From Verrucomicrobiota bacterium (GTDB taxonomy: Bacteria; Verrucomicrobiota; Verrucomicrobiia; Limisphaerales; CANJSG01): a DNA stretch of 64,000 bases. The notes under the pieces were generated by a model, which was given only the letters and a program-made list of their open reading frames with translations, was not told where the DNA came from and did no database searches. Of this stretch, positions 60,584-64,000 are shown piece by piece. Where the stretch lies: contig JBBQXJ010000005.1 of NCBI GenBank assembly GCA_038209745.1, positions 27,153-91,152 of the forward strand, read 5' to 3'. A program made the translations under genes and the position numbers. The first letter of the stretch is position 1. The number at the start of each line of letters is the position of its first letter.

Positions 60584-61213
60584 ATGTTCTCCCTCCAACG
60601 CCTCCTCGGTAAGGAGACCCGCTTCTTCGATCTCCTGGAAACAGCCGCCCGGGAATCCCGCACCAGCATCGACATCCTCATCCAGTTTTCGCGGTCCCCG
60701 GCCCAACCCGGTTCGCTCGACGCCTTCATCAGCACCCGCCGCAAGGAAAAGGCCATAGCCGAGGAGATCAGCGAAGCCGTTTCGACCACGTTCGTCACGC
60801 CGATCGAGCGTGAGGACATCGAGGCTCTGAACACCGCTCTCTACAAGATTCCCAAGACCGTCGAGAAATTTGGCGAGCGCCTCGTCTTGGCCACCAGCCA
60901 ACTTCAGGGCGCGGATTTCTCCAGGCAGACGGTCCTTCTCGGTCGTGGGGCCGACGTCGTTTTGGAAATGGTCCAAAGCCTCCGCCGCAGCCCTCGCATC
61001 GAGGAGATCAAGGCGCTGAACGGAAAGTTGCAGAAGATCGAGGGCGAGGCCGACAAAATCGTCCTCGAACTCCTCGGCGACCTCTATTCCGGCCAGCGCC
61101 CGCCCGTGCAGGTCATCATCCTGAAGGACCTCTACGAACTCCTGGAGAAGGTCGTCGACCGTTGCCGCGACGTCGGCAATTGCGTCGTCCACATCGTCCT
61201 GAAGAACTCCTGA
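60584..61213 (+). CDS. DUF47 / PhoU-like phosphate transport regulator
   Basis: FFDLL, TFVTPIEREDI, EGEAD, YELLE..DRC.DV. Confidence 0.9.
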   Translation: MFSLQRLLGKETRFFDLLETAARESRTSIDILIQFSRSPAQPGSLDAFISTRRKEKAIAEEISEAVSTTFVTPIEREDIEALNTALYKIPKTVEKFGERLVLATSQLQGADFSRQTVLLGRGADVVLEMVQSLRRSPRIEEIKALNGKLQKIEGEADKIVLELLGDLYSGQRPPVQVIILKDLYELLEKVVDRCRDVGNCVVHIVLKNS

Positions 61214-61226
61214 CGCCCGACCCGCC

Positions 61227-62330
61227 ATGACGCTCGTCCTGACGGTGATCTTCGTCGCCCTGGTGTTCGAATACATCAACGGCTTCCACGACACCGCCAA
61301 TTCCATCGCCACCGTCGTTTCGACCAAGGTCCTGACGCCGCGCCAGGCGATCCTCCTCGCCGCCACGACCAATCTCGCCGGGGCCCTCATGGGGCATGCC
61401 GTGGCCAAGACGGTTTCCAGCGGACTCGTCGACGGAGCCTTCGTCACAAACCACACCATTGTCTGCGCGCTTCTCGGAGGCATCGCCTGGAACTTGCTCA
61501 CCTGGATGCTCGGGCTGCCCAGCAGTTCCACCCATGCGCTCGTCGGCGGGCTTTGCGGCGCCACTCTGGCCTCCGCCCACAACAACTGGAAAGCCATCCT
61601 CTGGTCCTTCGACCAGGTGGACAAAGTCACCGGCCAGATCACCCACGCCGGCGTTCTGCATAAAGTCGTCATTCCGATGATCGCCTCGCCGATCATCGGA
61701 TTTGCCGGGGGGTTCCTGGTCATGGCCCTGCTTTATGTGCTTCTGAAGAACCAACGGCCCGGTTGGGTCAATGCCCGCTTCGGCAAGCTCCAGCTTGCGA
61801 GCGCCGGCTACATGGGCTGGGCCCATGGATTTGCCGATGCCCAGAAGACCATGGGCATCATCACCCTCTCTCTCGTCACCGCCACAGCGGCCGGATCGTT
61901 CGATGCGCTGCCCTCATGGCTTGGCTTCCTCAGGCTCCACAACGATGCCGCCGGCGTTGCCCCCGAAGTGCCCGCGTGGATCAAGGTCGTCTGCGCCTTG
62001 ACCATGGCGGCCGGCACTGCGGGCGGCGGTTGGCGCATCATCCGGACGATGGGCCACAAGTTGGTCAAGCTTCAGCCGGTGCATGGTTTCGCGGCGGAGA
62101 CGGTTGCGGCGACTCTCCTGGCCGTCACCGGCAAAATGGGCATGACCGTCTCCACCACCCACGCCATCACCGCCTCCATCATGGGCGTCGGAGCCGCGAA
62201 GCGTTTCAGCGCGGTCAAGCTCGGTGTCGTCGAACGCATCGTCTGGGCCTGGGTGCTCACCCTGCCCGCCGCCGGTGCCGTCGGCTACGGTCTCATGCGC
62301 CTCGCTCAGGCGCTCGGTTGGTCCGAGTAG
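61227..62330 (+). CDS. pit: PiT family inorganic phosphate transporter
   Basis: NGFHDTAN, GLPSSSTHA, HG..DAQKTMG, VSTTH, W.LTLP. Confidence 0.93.
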   Translation: MTLVLTVIFVALVFEYINGFHDTANSIATVVSTKVLTPRQAILLAATTNLAGALMGHAVAKTVSSGLVDGAFVTNHTIVCALLGGIAWNLLTWMLGLPSSSTHALVGGLCGATLASAHNNWKAILWSFDQVDKVTGQITHAGVLHKVVIPMIASPIIGFAGGFLVMALLYVLLKNQRPGWVNARFGKLQLASAGYMGWAHGFADAQKTMGIITLSLVTATAAGSFDALPSWLGFLRLHNDAAGVAPEVPAWIKVVCALTMAAGTAGGGWRIIRTMGHKLVKLQPVHGFAAETVAATLLAVTGKMGMTVSTTHAITASIMGVGAAKRFSAVKLGVVERIVWAWVLTLPAAGAVGYGLMRLAQALGWSE

Positions 62331-62522
62331 TCTCCTGCAACGGCGAAGGTTCGGTGGACGAGGGACGAACCGTCCCGGCCAGCTTTACAGTCTCCTCGAA
62401 GAATCCTCCCGCCCGTGGCGTCCGATACGAAACCGCTTGCCGCGAGAAAGATCGGAGGGAACGTTCCCGACTTCTGTTTCGTCCCACCTCGGGGGCGGAA
62501 GAATCGCGAAACTCGACCAACG

Positions 62523-63416
62523 ATGGCTGTAAGATTTTCTTGGTTTGTCCGGCCCGGCTCCTGGCTGCTGGTGGCCTTTCTCTGTGTCCTGGCACTGCCT
62601 GCCGCGGCTGCGGAAACAATCGCCCAGCCGGCCGACTTTAATTGGACGGCGTTCCTCGGTCCGTTCCACCACGTCGCCCTCCATTTCCCGATCGGCCTCA
62701 TTGCGGCGCTCGCGGCGCTTGAAGTCGCCTACTGGATGCGACCCGAGCCCCTGCTCCGGCGGATCATTTGCCTCGTGACGCACATGACGACCGCGAGCGC
62801 GATCGTCACCGTTTTCCTGGGCTTGATGTTGGAGAACGAGGGCGGCTATGACGCGGTGTCCCTCGGCAACCATGAGCTGTCGGGCAAACTCGTGGCCTTC
62901 TTCGCCATCGCCGGGTCGGTCGTGGTCTTCCTGCTCCGCCGAAACCCGTTCAACAAAGGGCTGCTGGGCGGCTTCCGGTTTCTCGTGGTGGGGATGGCCG
63001 TTTCGGTCAGCCTGGCCGGCCATCTGGGGGGCAACCTCGCCCACGGCTCCACCTATCTGACGAAGCACGCACCCGCTTTCCTCCAACGTTGGATGGGGGC
63101 CGATCCCGCGCCGATGACGTCGATGTCCAACGGGTCGGCGCAGGCCATTCTGCAGGAACACTGCGTCCAGTGCCACGGCCCCGAAAAGCAGAAGGGCGAC
63201 CTGCGTCTCGACTCGCAGGAGGCCATCTTGGAAGGCGGAGAAAACGGCGAGGTCGTCGTGCCGGGCAAACCGATGGAAAGCCGGCTCGTGGAACTGATCA
63301 CGCTGCCCCGGGACGACGACGACGCCATGCCTCCGAAGGGCAAAGGACAGCTCAAGGCCGAAGAAATCTTGACGCTCATCCGCTGGATCAAGGCGGGAGC
63401 CAAGCCCGCCGAATAG
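62523..63416 (+). CDS. Membrane protein (DUF2231-like) with a planctomycete-type cytochrome c domain
   Basis: FHHVALHFPIG, GH.GG.L.HG, CVQCHG..QKG.LRLD, MPP, WI..GA. Confidence 0.82.
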   Translation: MAVRFSWFVRPGSWLLVAFLCVLALPAAAAETIAQPADFNWTAFLGPFHHVALHFPIGLIAALAALEVAYWMRPEPLLRRIICLVTHMTTASAIVTVFLGLMLENEGGYDAVSLGNHELSGKLVAFFAIAGSVVVFLLRRNPFNKGLLGGFRFLVVGMAVSVSLAGHLGGNLAHGSTYLTKHAPAFLQRWMGADPAPMTSMSNGSAQAILQEHCVQCHGPEKQKGDLRLDSQEAILEGGENGEVVVPGKPMESRLVELITLPRDDDDAMPPKGKGQLKAEEILTLIRWIKAGAKPAE

Positions 63417-63457
63417 CCCCGTGAACCCGAGATCGGTTTCCGCGCGCAAGCTCAGGC

Positions 63458-64000
63458 TCAGGCCAAATGCCGGGCCTGTCGCTTCGGTGCCAGCGCCTCC
63501 CGCCGGACCGACCGGGCCTCGTCGTCGCTGACGAACGGCGCGAGGAAAGGAGGTCGTTCCGAACGTCCCGCGCGCTGCCAATCCCGCCAAATCGTCCGCC
63601 CGACAGTCTCTCGATCCAAGGCCCGTTCTTCCGTCAGAAAGCGGAACACCAGTTCCGCCAAGCGAGGCAACGCGATGCCGTGTTGCCGGCCCAGCTCCCG
63701 GTAGAGGAAGTCCGACAAATCCCAGAGGCTCCAGAACGGCGACGTAGGCCGGGCCTCCCTGCCCGGCAAGGGCGGTTCTTCCATTGAACGTTCGGTGTTC
63801 AGCGTTGGGCGTTCGATGTTTCCTGTTCCCGACTCGCCGGGACGGGAGGCCCGGCCTGCGGCCCACAACAAGGGCGTGGTCTCGACGAAGTTCCCGCTGT
63901 TGCCGACCAGGTCCCAGAACTTCGCGAACCGGCGCAGCCGTTGCATGGTCGGGAAATCGAGGTCGCGGTTGCAGAGGATTTCATACGGCGGCGTGGACCC
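63458..64000 (-). CDS. C-terminal part of a probable B12-binding radical SAM protein (DUF4080-like); 5' end outside the window
   Basis: PPYEILCN..LDF.TMQRLRRFAKFWDLVGNSGNF..T; ends PKRQARH; the frame is open to the window edge. Confidence 0.65.
   Translation of the reverse strand, partial: GSTPPYEILCNRDLDFPTMQRLRRFAKFWDLVGNSGNFVETTPLLWAAGRASRPGESGTGNIERPTLNTERSMEEPPLPGREARPTSPFWSLWDLSDFLYRELGRQHGIALPRLAELVFRFLTEERALDRETVGRTIWRDWQRAGRSERPPFLAPFVSDDEARSVRREALAPKRQARHLA
63744..63859. repeat. REP inverted doublet enclosing heptamer tandem repeats, inside a CDS
   Basis: GTAGGCCGGGCCTCCCTGCCCGGC ... GCCGGGACGGGAGGCCCGGCCTGC with internal CGTTCGG TGTTCAG CGTTGGG CGTTCGA. Confidence 0.8.

Overview
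High-GC bacterial chromosomal window. Gene content (DUF1501/DUF1553 pair, PVC-type heme protein, H-X9-DG pilin, TIGR03790-like protein) suggests Verrucomicrobia or another PVC lineage; this is inferred, not searched. It appears origin-proximal. A cluster of degenerate DnaA boxes plus an AT-rich tract lies directly upstream of dnaN (26.2-26.4 kb) with no dnaA next to it, and two parS palindromes lie inside a coding insertion of mnmG (50.6-50.8 kb). Other content: rnd, waaA, rmuC, eda, a tmk-like kinase, ispH, cstA, pit, tRNA-fMet, a system II cytochrome c maturation cluster, a PilB/GspE ATPase, two large secreted proteins, a decayed IS481 and several REP/short tandem repeats. The best candidate for an undescribed system is a BlaI repressor with an operator palindrome, paired with an M56 (BlaR1-like) protease fused through an internal lipobox-like segment to a secretin domain. 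Also notable: a winged-HTH/ispH/membrane-protein unit with two matching operators, a CstA-YbdD/YjiX fusion, a shared C-terminal domain on the two secreted proteins, and an in-frame REP doublet inside a radical SAM gene. No CRISPR array, rRNA or prophage was seen. All family calls come from motif recognition by eye.
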